A stretch of DNA of 36,606 bases from a virus (Duplodnaviria > Caudoviricetes). The notes under the pieces were generated by a model. That model worked only from the letters and a program-made list of their open reading frames with translations. It had not been told where the DNA came from and did no database searches. Below are positions 1 through 7,790 of the stretch, piece after piece (position 1 is the stretch's first letter; every line of letters starts with the position of its first letter). The stretch is from the IMG/VR virus record IMGVR_UViG_3300030372_002131, positions 1 through 36,606 of that record, one strand, 5' to 3'. The position numbers and the translations under genes are program-made.

Positions 1-747
1 GTTATTACCTCCAAATGGGTCAGTAATGGTTACAGCTTTTGAGGCTGTACCTCCTCCATTATTAGTCCATTGACCAAAGTCCTCAGAGTAACTAAGTAAA
101 TTCTGTGAGGTATTCCGAACGACCGAAGACTCACTCACTCTATCACTAGCATCAAAGAAAACCTGTGCTTCTGTGTTGTCGTAGCTTCTTCTAATCCTTG
201 CTGCGTATGGAGAAACGTTGCCAAGCTTCCTAAGAGAAAAGGCTGCTACTGGTGCTTGCTTGGTGACCTCTTTGACTGAGACGTTATCAATCGAAAATTC
301 TCCTGATCCAAAGAACCCAAAAGTAGCACTGTCTTTGTCAATAGTTTCTGTATATGTTCCGTTCGCAGTTCGAGTGTTTGAACTAAACCCTGTTCCTACT
401 CTGAGTGTAACATTACCAGAAACGTAATCGGAAACAGTGAATGTAATCTCAAACGTACCATTACCTGTGAAGTCAGCGGTCATGTAATTTGCGTCCCCAC
501 TATTTTTAGTGGCTTTGCCGTTTGCTATTGTCCAACCGCTATTTTTTGTCCAACCTGTGTCTGTATCAAAGTCTCCATTAGTTACCAACTCAGTATCACT
601 CGTAGTAAACTTAAACTTCTCAAGGAATAACCGATTAAGTTCTTCGCCTGTAAGTTTCCTCGTTAATTTACCAGTTATAGAAGCGGTAAGTTTTCCTGTT
701 AGCGAATTAAGGCCGCTGCTTTTTGGTGAAATAAAACTACTGGACAT
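1..747 (-). CDS. Large virion/receptor-binding-type protein, N-terminal part (runs off left edge)
   Basis: Not in the ORF track. Manual translation from ATG at 747 stays open to position 1: MSSSFISPKSSGLNSLTGKL...ELVTNGDFDTDTGWTKNSGWTIANGKAT...FSIDNVSVKEV...AAFSLRKL...RIRRSYDNTE...NLLSYSEDF. 'LVTNGDF..W' and 'IDNVSVKEV' resemble CBM-like jelly-roll modules of phage fibre proteins. Confidence 0.75.
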   Translation of the reverse strand, partial: MSSSFISPKSSGLNSLTGKLTASITGKLTRKLTGEELNRLFLEKFKFTTSDTELVTNGDFDTDTGWTKNSGWTIANGKATKNSGDANYMTADFTGNGTFEITFTVSDYVSGNVTLRVGTGFSSNTRTANGTYTETIDKDSATFGFFGSGEFSIDNVSVKEVTKQAPVAAFSLRKLGNVSPYAARIRRSYDNTEAQVFFDASDRVSESSVVRNTSQNLLSYSEDFGQWTNNGGGTASKAVTITDPFGGNN

Positions 748-763
748 GAACTTATAATAAGGA

Positions 764-1102
764 TTATCTGTCGATTGGAGCGATGTCTACGTAAAGAGTT
801 TCGTTCTTTGCGGAAGTCCCCGTTCTGTTGCTAACAACTAATTGAAGCTCTGTTTGGGAAGTTGTAAAAGTACATCCTCCTGCTGATGTTAGAACCGCAT
901 CGGCTCCGAGGTCAACGTAAGCTCCTCCAACTTTATGTTGAAGAGTTAATGTAGTTCCCGAGCTAAAGGTTCCCGAGGCTAAAAAGGAATAAGTTCCACC
1001 CTTAATAGAGTTTATCTTTGGGCTACTGGTTCCTGAGTTGTACGTACCGTTTCCGTTAGTATCACCCGAACCATATAGGTTAATTGATGTTGTTGTTATC
1101 AT
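764..1102 (-). CDS. Small beta-rich putative virion protein
   Basis: 112 aa, Gly/Ser/Thr-rich, lies in the late operon. Confidence 0.6.
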   Translation of the reverse strand: MITTTSINLYGSGDTNGNGTYNSGTSSPKINSIKGGTYSFLASGTFSSGTTLTLQHKVGGAYVDLGADAVLTSAGGCTFTTSQTELQLVVSNRTGTSAKNETLYVDIAPIDR

Positions 1103-1126
1103 CTTTGTTTTTCTCTGCTGCTGTTA

Positions 1127-1339
1127 TTAATAAGTGTTTGTATTTGATCCAGACCCAGATTTAGCAGTAGATACCGAGGGTCTTCGAATTGTTAGAGAGC
1201 TGTTCCCCGTGCGTTTCTTACTTCTCCTGTTTTTGTCGGCTTTGTTTTCTACCACTTCTGCAACCTCACTAGGTTCTTGTATTGGTGGAACTATTGGTGG
1301 TGGCGGTGGAGCCTGTATTTTTGGGCGTGATAAGCACAT
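1127..1339 (-). CDS. Small virion protein, T7 gp6.7/gp7.3-like
   Basis: N-terminal MC, poly-Pro tract, basic 'KRTGNSSLTI' C-terminal segment; position upstream of the portal region. Confidence 0.65.
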   Translation of the reverse strand: MCLSRPKIQAPPPPPIVPPIQEPSEVAEVVENKADKNRRSKKRTGNSSLTIRRPSVSTAKSGSGSNTNTY

Positions 1340-1352
1340 GGTTTTCTCTTTG

Positions 1353-1544
1353 TTAATTATTGTTTGTTAAAATATTCTCGTTTTGTTCTGCGTTCTTTGC
1401 GCGTAAAAAATTAACGATATTGCGTTGACCGAAATAATAATCCATTGTTCGATATTCATCCTTTGGGCTAAACTCTTTAGGTGGAAAGATTTCATCGAGG
1501 GATCTTATCAGTTCATCGGAAACGAATGGGAAGGTATTATCCAT
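1353..1544 (-). CDS. Conserved podophage hypothetical protein (first late gene, gp6.5 position)
   Basis: 63 aa with the pattern 'P.VSDELI..LDEIFP...GQRNIVNFL' typical of this position in marine T7-like phages. Confidence 0.65.
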   Translation of the reverse strand: MDNTFPFVSDELIRSLDEIFPPKEFSPKDEYRTMDYYFGQRNIVNFLRAKNAEQNENILTNNN

Positions 1545-1574
1545 ATTTATCTCAGTTCTTTTTGATGTTGTTTA

Positions 1575-1590
1575 TTACTTATAAGTCAAT
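1575..1590 (-). promoter_or_regulatory. Candidate phage RNAP promoter or operator ATTGACTTATAAGTAA (copy 1)
   Basis: Exact 16-bp repeat of 16133-16148. Lies just downstream of a terminator and upstream of the late operon. Contains the palindrome ACTTATAAGT. Confidence 0.55.
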
Positions 1591-1605
1591 CTTTTTCTAA
1601 GGCAC

Positions 1606-1638
1606 AAAAAAAGCCCCCGAGAATTTCCCGAGAGCTTT
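1606..1638 (-). terminator. Intrinsic terminator
   Basis: Minus-strand RNA AAAGCUCUCGGGA-AAU-UCUCGGGGGCUUUUUUU: ~13-bp stem with G-U pairs, then a U-tract. Confidence 0.85.
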
Positions 1639-1666
1639 CTTTTTTGTTTGTTGTTTTAAGTGTTAT

Positions 1667-2041
1667 TTACCAATAGAAAGGAACTCCTGTTTTCTTTTGT
1701 ACGGATTTAGCTGCTCTAACCATAGCGCACCATTTACCCTTAGTGATGAACTCGCTATACCCAAGATCCTCGGGAGAGCATCTCATCATTATTGTACCGC
1801 CATCAATACAGTCTTCAAGTATCGAGAAGGTTAAGGGGTCACTTAGGTCAATCTCGTCCCCTGCTTTTAACCCGTACAGTTTTGTAATACCATGATCTAA
1901 TTCTTCTTTAGTCCATTGACAAGGCGGGCAATCATCGGGCGTATCTAGGTGGCACTCGATAATACAATCCTCGGGTCTATCTTTTATTAGTTCCCACTCC
2001 AAGGGAGTGAATGTTACTTTAGGTTTTTTGTTTGTACTCAT
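1667..2041 (-). CDS. Hypothetical acidic, Cys-rich protein (moron-like, probably leaderless)
   Basis: 124-aa ORF with an extended -10 element just upstream and a terminator downstream. Confidence 0.7.
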   Translation of the reverse strand: MSTNKKPKVTFTPLEWELIKDRPEDCIIECHLDTPDDCPPCQWTKEELDHGITKLYGLKAGDEIDLSDPLTFSILEDCIDGGTIMMRCSPEDLGYSEFITKGKWCAMVRAAKSVQKKTGVPFYW

Positions 2042-2047
2042 GGCTAC

Positions 2048-2056
2048 ACCATAGCA
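2048..2056 (-). promoter_or_regulatory. Extended -10 promoter TGcTATGGT
   Basis: TGn-TAnnnT ends 6 nt before the ATG at 2041. Confidence 0.45.
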
Positions 2057-2151
2057 TATTGAATTTTCAGCTTTATTAGGAAACAGGCTAAATAACTACC
2101 TAATGAAAAATCCGAGGCTACTATAATAGTATTAAAAAAAAAGTTAAAAAT

Positions 2152-2553
2152 TTATTTGACGGGGTTTTGTGTATTTACAATATCCCTTAACTCCTCGGGT
2201 AATTTACCTTCCTTTATCCACTCGTCCGTTTGATACAAACACATGGCATTCCAGATAACTGCGCTAAGGTGATCCTCTTCTTCACAACCTTCCATAAAAC
2301 CCCACAGGTGGCGGTAGATTGCATCGATATATCTGCTGAAACACTGACCCTTCTCCCAGTTGCGCTCGCCATACTTGTAACTGCCTAATTCGAACCTACG
2401 ACTGACGGCTCGCAAGCTACTGATGGGCAGTTGGTTAGGACAGCCTTTCCCTTCCATAGAATCTCTCACTGATCCTGTTTCAAATTCAGTACGCCCTCCG
2501 CTATCGGGTAACGGCTTTCTTTCTACTACTTCTGCTTTGTTGGTGGATTCCAT
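2152..2553 (-). CDS. dATP/dGTP diphosphohydrolase-domain protein (DUF5664-like)
   Basis: Motifs 'G..RD...GK', 'G..KYGERNWEKG', 'YIDAIYRHL', 'EDHLSAVIWNAMCL'. Confidence 0.8.
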   Translation of the reverse strand: MESTNKAEVVERKPLPDSGGRTEFETGSVRDSMEGKGCPNQLPISSLRAVSRRFELGSYKYGERNWEKGQCFSRYIDAIYRHLWGFMEGCEEEDHLSAVIWNAMCLYQTDEWIKEGKLPEELRDIVNTQNPVK

Positions 2554-3281
2554 AATCTTACTTCTCCTTCTTTTTCATTATATTCGTTTTTGTTTCTAAG
2601 GATGTAGGAAAGCCGAGCGTTCAAGAGAGCGTCTTCTTCTGTCTGTCCTTTCGATTCGTAAGCCTTCACAACTGTTTCCCAAGTCGCTCCGTTCTTATCT
2701 AAAAGTTTGTTAGCCGTTACACTTCCTATTCCTTTAGCTCCCGAGAAGCCATCGACTGTATCGCCCGACATTGCTTGGGCAAGGTGGTTATAGTCGGCTT
2801 CCTCTTGGGTCATAAAGCTTGTCTCCTTGCTCATAAAGTTGAACCACTCGCACTCGGGCAAGGTTGCGAAATCTTTATCGGCACTTACCACTACGTTATC
2901 TTTTGAATTAGAACAAAGTATCCCGATAACATCATCAGCTTCGAGGTTGTTCCATCGAATACCATTGTAATTCTCGGAAGCCCACTCGGTCATAGCCTTT
3001 AACCCGAGCGGTTTTCTCTTATCTTTTCTGTTCGCTTTGTACTCGGGAAATATATTATAACGAAAGTTTCGGGAGTCCGAGAACACGAGATGCAACTCTT
3101 CGCATTGTGTAGCATCTCGGACGAACTCGATCATGTCATCAATGATTACTTTCATGTCCGTCTCGGAACTATGAAGGGTCCATATATCATCTTCCCACTT
3201 GGTCTCTTGCTCGGAAGCAAAAGCAGCACGATACATTATCATATCCCCATCAACGTAACTTGTTCTTTTTTGTTTGCTCAT
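2526..3281 (-). CDS. 5'-3' exonuclease (T7 gp6-like)
   Basis: Motifs DGD, 'YKANRK', 'LEADDVIGI', 'SADKDF', 'GDTVDGFSGAKGIG'. Confidence 0.95.
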   Translation of the reverse strand: MSKQKRTSYVDGDMIMYRAAFASEQETKWEDDIWTLHSSETDMKVIIDDMIEFVRDATQCEELHLVFSDSRNFRYNIFPEYKANRKDKRKPLGLKAMTEWASENYNGIRWNNLEADDVIGILCSNSKDNVVVSADKDFATLPECEWFNFMSKETSFMTQEEADYNHLAQAMSGDTVDGFSGAKGIGSVTANKLLDKNGATWETVVKAYESKGQTEEDALLNARLSYILRNKNEYNEKEGEVRLWNPPTKQK

Positions 3282-3289
3282 AATTATTA

Positions 3290-5149
3290 TTAATGTGTTT
3301 CTGCCCAGTTGTTTCCTACTTTAAACTCACCATCCAAGGGACATTTAATACCGAGTGTCTTTCCTGCTGTACCGAGAGCAGTTACGAAAGCTCTTCCTAA
3401 ATCATTAGCGTGTTCCTTTTTGCACGAGAACTGTACCTCGTCATGGATGTTTGCATGAAGTTCATAAGGGTGCTTTGCGTGATCTTTAACGAACTCGATC
3501 AAGGCTTGCTTCATTACAATACTTGCTGAACTTTGCAGTAGAGAATTAAGAGCTTTATGTTTCGAGCGTATCTTTAAGATCCTCCCATCAATCGAAGTGA
3601 GGTAGCCTTGTGTATCAACCGCCTTATCAATATCGGAAGTTAACTTTTTAAATGAGGGCATCTTCTTAAGGAATGTTTGTCGTAATCTCTTTCCTTCCTT
3701 CATTCCTTTCCCGACAATTTCCCCGAGCAACTGGTTACCGCATCCATAAAGATAAGCATAGATCCAAGTCTTAGCTTCTGATCGGGTAATCCCGAGAGCA
3801 TCCGCATTAACTTGATGGATGTCACCCTCAAGAATCTCTCGAACATATTTACCTGAGTCATATTTAAATAGAACATGACCGAGCATTCTCAACTCGATGC
3901 CACTTGCATCAGCACCTACGAGAACTTTACCCTCGGGAGCTTTAAAAAGTCCTCGGGTTTCCTCACCGTAATCAGCGCGAACCGAGGGAACAGCGGATAC
4001 ATTTGGTTGTGAGTGAGTGCATCTCCCCGTAACTGTTCCTACTGTATTAACCGATCCGTGTATGCGACCCTCGGGAGTTACACAAGTAAGCCAAGCGTAC
4101 CTACCATCAACCAGTTGACCTAATCTTTTTTGTACTAGGAGATACTCGAGAAGCTTTAAACTTTCCTTGGTATTTATTTTCTTGAGAACAGCTTCATTTA
4201 TCTCAGGGCGTTTACCATCGTAGGCTTGAGGCTTCCAACCGTTAGCCATTAACCTCTCCGCTATTTGGTCACGGCTTCCCGCATTGAATGGTATTTCTCT
4301 TTTCTCATTACCCGTTTTTTCAGCGAGGTTTGCTATCGTTTGTTTAAACCCCGCCCGTTTCAGTTCTTCTTTAAGCTGTCCTTTTGTCTTAGCTGTGAAG
4401 TCGATACCCTCTACTTCAACTGTCCAACCTGCGGGTCTTTTCATCTCTACAATAGTTGGTGGAAAGACTTCCTGTAGTTCTTTATCAAGTTCAAGTTTTC
4501 TCACCATGAGATCCCGAGCTAGTTCCTCACCCTTCTTAACATTAAAAGGAAAACCGTTAAGTTCCTGTAAGCGAATAAGCTTTGCAAACTCATGCTCCAT
4601 CACGAGAGCTTTCGAGGAAGTATTAGCCTTTAACAAATGCTCATATAAAGAGAAAGTTACTCGGACATCCTGATTGCAATACTGTTGCATCTCGTTACTA
4701 AAGTCTTCCCAAGTCTCGGTTTCCCCGTGATCCCCTTTAAGATTACCAAGGCGTATCCCCCAAGCTTTAAGAGACTGAGAGCCTATTAATTTCTTAGGAA
4801 AATTCTCTCGTTTAAAATCACTATCGCCAATGTCAGGGAATAATATTTTAGCCATCAACATAGTGTCTATAACTTTATGAATAGATATCCCGAACAGTTT
4901 ATGAAGAGCGGGAACATCAAAACCGATACCGTTGTGGAAGACAACATACTCCGCTTGTTTAAGCATCGAGATACCCTCGGCTATATTTTGTTTATGTGTA
5001 TTAAACTCGTAAAGTTCTTTTGTCTCTGCATCCAAAATGGACATACAGTGCATGGTATCCAGACCTAATTGAGTTGACCACATGGTAAGCCCATTGTGTT
5101 TCCCAATCGCGTTAGTTTCTATGTCGGCTATAAGTAGTTTGTATTTCAT
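3290..5149 (-). CDS. DNA polymerase family A (T7 gp5-like)
   Basis: Exonuclease motifs 'ADIET', 'HNGIGFD', 'YCNQDV'; polymerase motifs 'DASGIELR', 'AKTWIYAYLYG', 'IHDEVQ'. Likely start is MKYKLL at 5149, since the track start at 5212 overlaps the helicase. Confidence 0.97.
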   Translation of the reverse strand: MKYKLLIADIETNAIGKHNGLTMWSTQLGLDTMHCMSILDAETKELYEFNTHKQNIAEGISMLKQAEYVVFHNGIGFDVPALHKLFGISIHKVIDTMLMAKILFPDIGDSDFKRENFPKKLIGSQSLKAWGIRLGNLKGDHGETETWEDFSNEMQQYCNQDVRVTFSLYEHLLKANTSSKALVMEHEFAKLIRLQELNGFPFNVKKGEELARDLMVRKLELDKELQEVFPPTIVEMKRPAGWTVEVEGIDFTAKTKGQLKEELKRAGFKQTIANLAEKTGNEKREIPFNAGSRDQIAERLMANGWKPQAYDGKRPEINEAVLKKINTKESLKLLEYLLVQKRLGQLVDGRYAWLTCVTPEGRIHGSVNTVGTVTGRCTHSQPNVSAVPSVRADYGEETRGLFKAPEGKVLVGADASGIELRMLGHVLFKYDSGKYVREILEGDIHQVNADALGITRSEAKTWIYAYLYGCGNQLLGEIVGKGMKEGKRLRQTFLKKMPSFKKLTSDIDKAVDTQGYLTSIDGRILKIRSKHKALNSLLQSSASIVMKQALIEFVKDHAKHPYELHANIHDEVQFSCKKEHANDLGRAFVTALGTAGKTLGIKCPLDGEFKVGNNWAETH

Positions 5150-5156
5150 AATTTTT

Positions 5157-6800
5157 CTATTCATGGTTGCTAAAATCTCCCTTAAAAGATGTCTCACTAA
5201 GTACCCCATCATCGGGATTGTACTCGAGGTAAGTGGCGATACCTGTTTCCCCTGAGAATCTATTCTTCAAAACTGTGACCGTGGTTGTGTGCTTATCTTC
5301 ATCTGATTCTGATTGTAAATTTCTACTGAGGGATATGACTTGATCTACAAGCTGACTGAGCGATGCCGATCCGCGGAGTGACGATAAGTTAGGAGCTAAC
5401 CCATCTTCAAATCCTCGGTTGCCCTCGGGTCTTTTAAGGTGGCTGACCAGTATAAGAGAGAACTTAGATTCTTCAACTAAAGCTCTAAGTTTAGTCATCA
5501 AGATGTCTATGCTTTTCCTCTCCGAAGTCTCTCCTTCGGTAAGTCCTGAAACTACTATGCTAACGTGATCGAGAACAACGTGGGTAACCCCTTCCGCTTG
5601 CACCATAAATCTAATATGAGAAAGAAGTTCATCGGTATTCATAGATCCCCAATGGTCATATAGAAAAAATCTACCAGACCCGATAGTCTTCTGGTAACCC
5701 TCGGTAAATTGTTCATCTACCTCAAAAGGTTCGAGGTGTAACTGTTTCTTTAATTCAATACCGAGGATACCTTGGCCAGATCTTTCGATACTTTCTTCTA
5801 ACGCTATGTACCCTACCTTGCACTCGGTAGTAGTTAAAAGATGGTGGGCAATCTGCCGACAAACTTGGGACTTCCCGACCCCGCTTCCTGCACAGAATAA
5901 ACTTATTTCTCCAGTCCTAATTCCTCGGGTCATTTTTGTAAGACCTTCGAAGGGATAAGGGATACTATCTTCATTCGGCTTAGCCCGAGAGATCCTATCA
6001 AACAATTCAGTGCCGTTTATAATTGCCGAGGGAGACCACTTCTTAGCATCCCACATTGCCTTGATAACATCTTGACCCTTACCCTTCATAAGCATCTCGT
6101 TGGCATCCTTCTCGGATAACCGAGCGATGTAAGCTTTACCTTGAGGAATTATAGAAACAACTTCTTCAACCGCTTTCCTCCCATGCTCATCCTCATCAAA
6201 CATAAGGATAATTTTATCAAAGTTATCGAGCCACTTTAAATTCTTTTTGAATACATTCTTCGCTGACTGACAGCCATTTGGTAAGGAAACTGTTGGGTAT
6301 TTGTTACCACCTAATTGTGAAACTGTTAGGGCATCTAGCTCCCCTTCGGTACAAACGAGCATCCTCCCACCGTTAACAAAAAGATGTTGCCCGAAAAATC
6401 TATCGGTAACTTTTCCTTTTATAATAAACTTCTTGTCTTCTCCTCGTATCTTCTGGCCGACAATATTCCCATCATCATCTTTAAAGTTCGCTATGTGTAC
6501 CTCGTTACCAGAGTTGTCCTCACCTATATGATACGAGAACTTTCTACATGTATCCGAGTGAAGACCCCGATCACTTATAGGCTCGGGAGAACCTCCAAAA
6601 TAATCGGAGAAATCTTTAGGTGCTGATGACGATAAGGGAATAGGAGTATCCATAGGGTCACCACCATCAATAGGATCATGTTGAATAGTCTTTCTACACG
6701 AGAAACAATACGAGTGATTGTCATCATAGTACGCTTTGCCATCCGAGGAACCGCAGTGGTCACAAGGTTGATCTGATTTTATAGTGTTACTGTTGCCCAT
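5157..6800 (-). CDS. Primase-helicase (T7 gp4-like)
   Basis: Zn finger CDHC...CFSC, TOPRIM 'TEGELD' and 'FDEDEHG', Walker A 'AGSGVGKS', 'LDHVSI', 'KNRFSGETG'. Confidence 0.97.
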   Translation of the reverse strand: MGNSNTIKSDQPCDHCGSSDGKAYYDDNHSYCFSCRKTIQHDPIDGGDPMDTPIPLSSSAPKDFSDYFGGSPEPISDRGLHSDTCRKFSYHIGEDNSGNEVHIANFKDDDGNIVGQKIRGEDKKFIIKGKVTDRFFGQHLFVNGGRMLVCTEGELDALTVSQLGGNKYPTVSLPNGCQSAKNVFKKNLKWLDNFDKIILMFDEDEHGRKAVEEVVSIIPQGKAYIARLSEKDANEMLMKGKGQDVIKAMWDAKKWSPSAIINGTELFDRISRAKPNEDSIPYPFEGLTKMTRGIRTGEISLFCAGSGVGKSQVCRQIAHHLLTTTECKVGYIALEESIERSGQGILGIELKKQLHLEPFEVDEQFTEGYQKTIGSGRFFLYDHWGSMNTDELLSHIRFMVQAEGVTHVVLDHVSIVVSGLTEGETSERKSIDILMTKLRALVEESKFSLILVSHLKRPEGNRGFEDGLAPNLSSLRGSASLSQLVDQVISLSRNLQSESDEDKHTTTVTVLKNRFSGETGIATYLEYNPDDGVLSETSFKGDFSNHE

Positions 6801-7171
6801 TCGTTAGGTATCTTCTTATGACACCACATAAAACCATTTTTATCACACCAGTTGGCGTATGTAGTGTTGCTGTTTTTGTTAAGTCTTTGGTGTGCGTTCA
6901 TAAATAAAAATCGAATATCGTAGCTAGTCTGTTGAGAAATTAAAATATGCTTAGTCCTATCACTCGGTTTAAAAAATCCTTTAGCTTCAATTATGACACC
7001 GTTAGGAAATATAAAGTCGGGTGTGTAAGTACAAAACTTCTGATACTTAATCCGCATCGTCTCGTATTCGAAGTCTACCCCCTCACTTTTCAGTGAGAGG
7101 GCAGTATCTCTTTCGAACTTGGATCTAAAACGGGACACTCGCTGAACTATTCTTTTCTTCGCCTGTCTCAT
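6779..7171 (-). CDS. Endonuclease I / Holliday junction resolvase (gp3-like)
   Basis: Motifs 'FRSKFE', 'YTPDF', 'IIEAKG', 'TYANWCDKNGF'. The true start may be slightly downstream. Confidence 0.95.
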   Translation of the reverse strand: MRQAKKRIVQRVSRFRSKFERDTALSLKSEGVDFEYETMRIKYQKFCTYTPDFIFPNGVIIEAKGFFKPSDRTKHILISQQTSYDIRFLFMNAHQRLNKNSNTTYANWCDKNGFMWCHKKIPNEWATVTL

Positions 7172-7742
7172 TACTGTTGTTGAACTCTAATGATTCACCT
7201 ACAAATCCTCCTTCGACTTTTCCGAATCCCATAGACTCCGCGTTGCCTCCTCCCGCTCCCGAGTACTCCACTAACTCGACAACTTGGGCAGCACGTAATC
7301 TCAGGGTATAGCCGAAGCCAATACTCGGAACATACCAAGGTGCAAACTCTACGCTGAGACGCAGTTTACTCCCACTTCCTATGTTTGTATCACTTGGTAA
7401 TTTGTTTCCCTCGGAATCATACATAGCCACATTAAATTCGAGGACACCTTTAGATGTATTCTTTTTTGCGGGCTGTTTGCTATAGATTTCGAAGTCACCT
7501 TCTTCGGTAATACGAATAGGTAACGTCTGCATTTTTTTAAGCTTAGTCTTACCTTGTTTAGTAAGCTCCGCTTGGTATGCTGACTCTGCTAACTCCTCTA
7601 CTTGAGCAGAAAACTTATTAAAGTCTTCTTCCGATACGTGAAGCTTACAACTATAAACCCCCATCTCATCAAACTTGAAATCGGGTTGATTTATTTTAGG
7701 AAATACAGCCTTTCCTAGTGGCGTTACGATTACTTTTTTCAT
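7125..7742 (-). CDS. ssb: Single-stranded DNA-binding protein (gp2.5-like)
   Basis: 'TPLGKA.FP.I..PD.KF', 'IGSGS', 'LRLRAAQVVELVEY', acidic tail ending in PF. Confidence 0.92.
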   Translation of the reverse strand: MKKVIVTPLGKAVFPKINQPDFKFDEMGVYSCKLHVSEEDFNKFSAQVEELAESAYQAELTKQGKTKLKKMQTLPIRITEEGDFEIYSKQPAKKNTSKGVLEFNVAMYDSEGNKLPSDTNIGSGSKLRLSVEFAPWYVPSIGFGYTLRLRAAQVVELVEYSGAGGGNAESMGFGKVEGGFVGESLEFNNSNETGEEKNSSASVPF

Positions 7743-7790
7743 TTATCTTTATCTCGTTTTATTATTTATTATTTGTCTTTAAGTTTTCCG

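Noticed and set aside
2152-5149. Z-genome (2-aminoadenine) system
   Set aside because: No purZ or datZ is visible, and the polymerase looks like an ordinary T7-type PolA.
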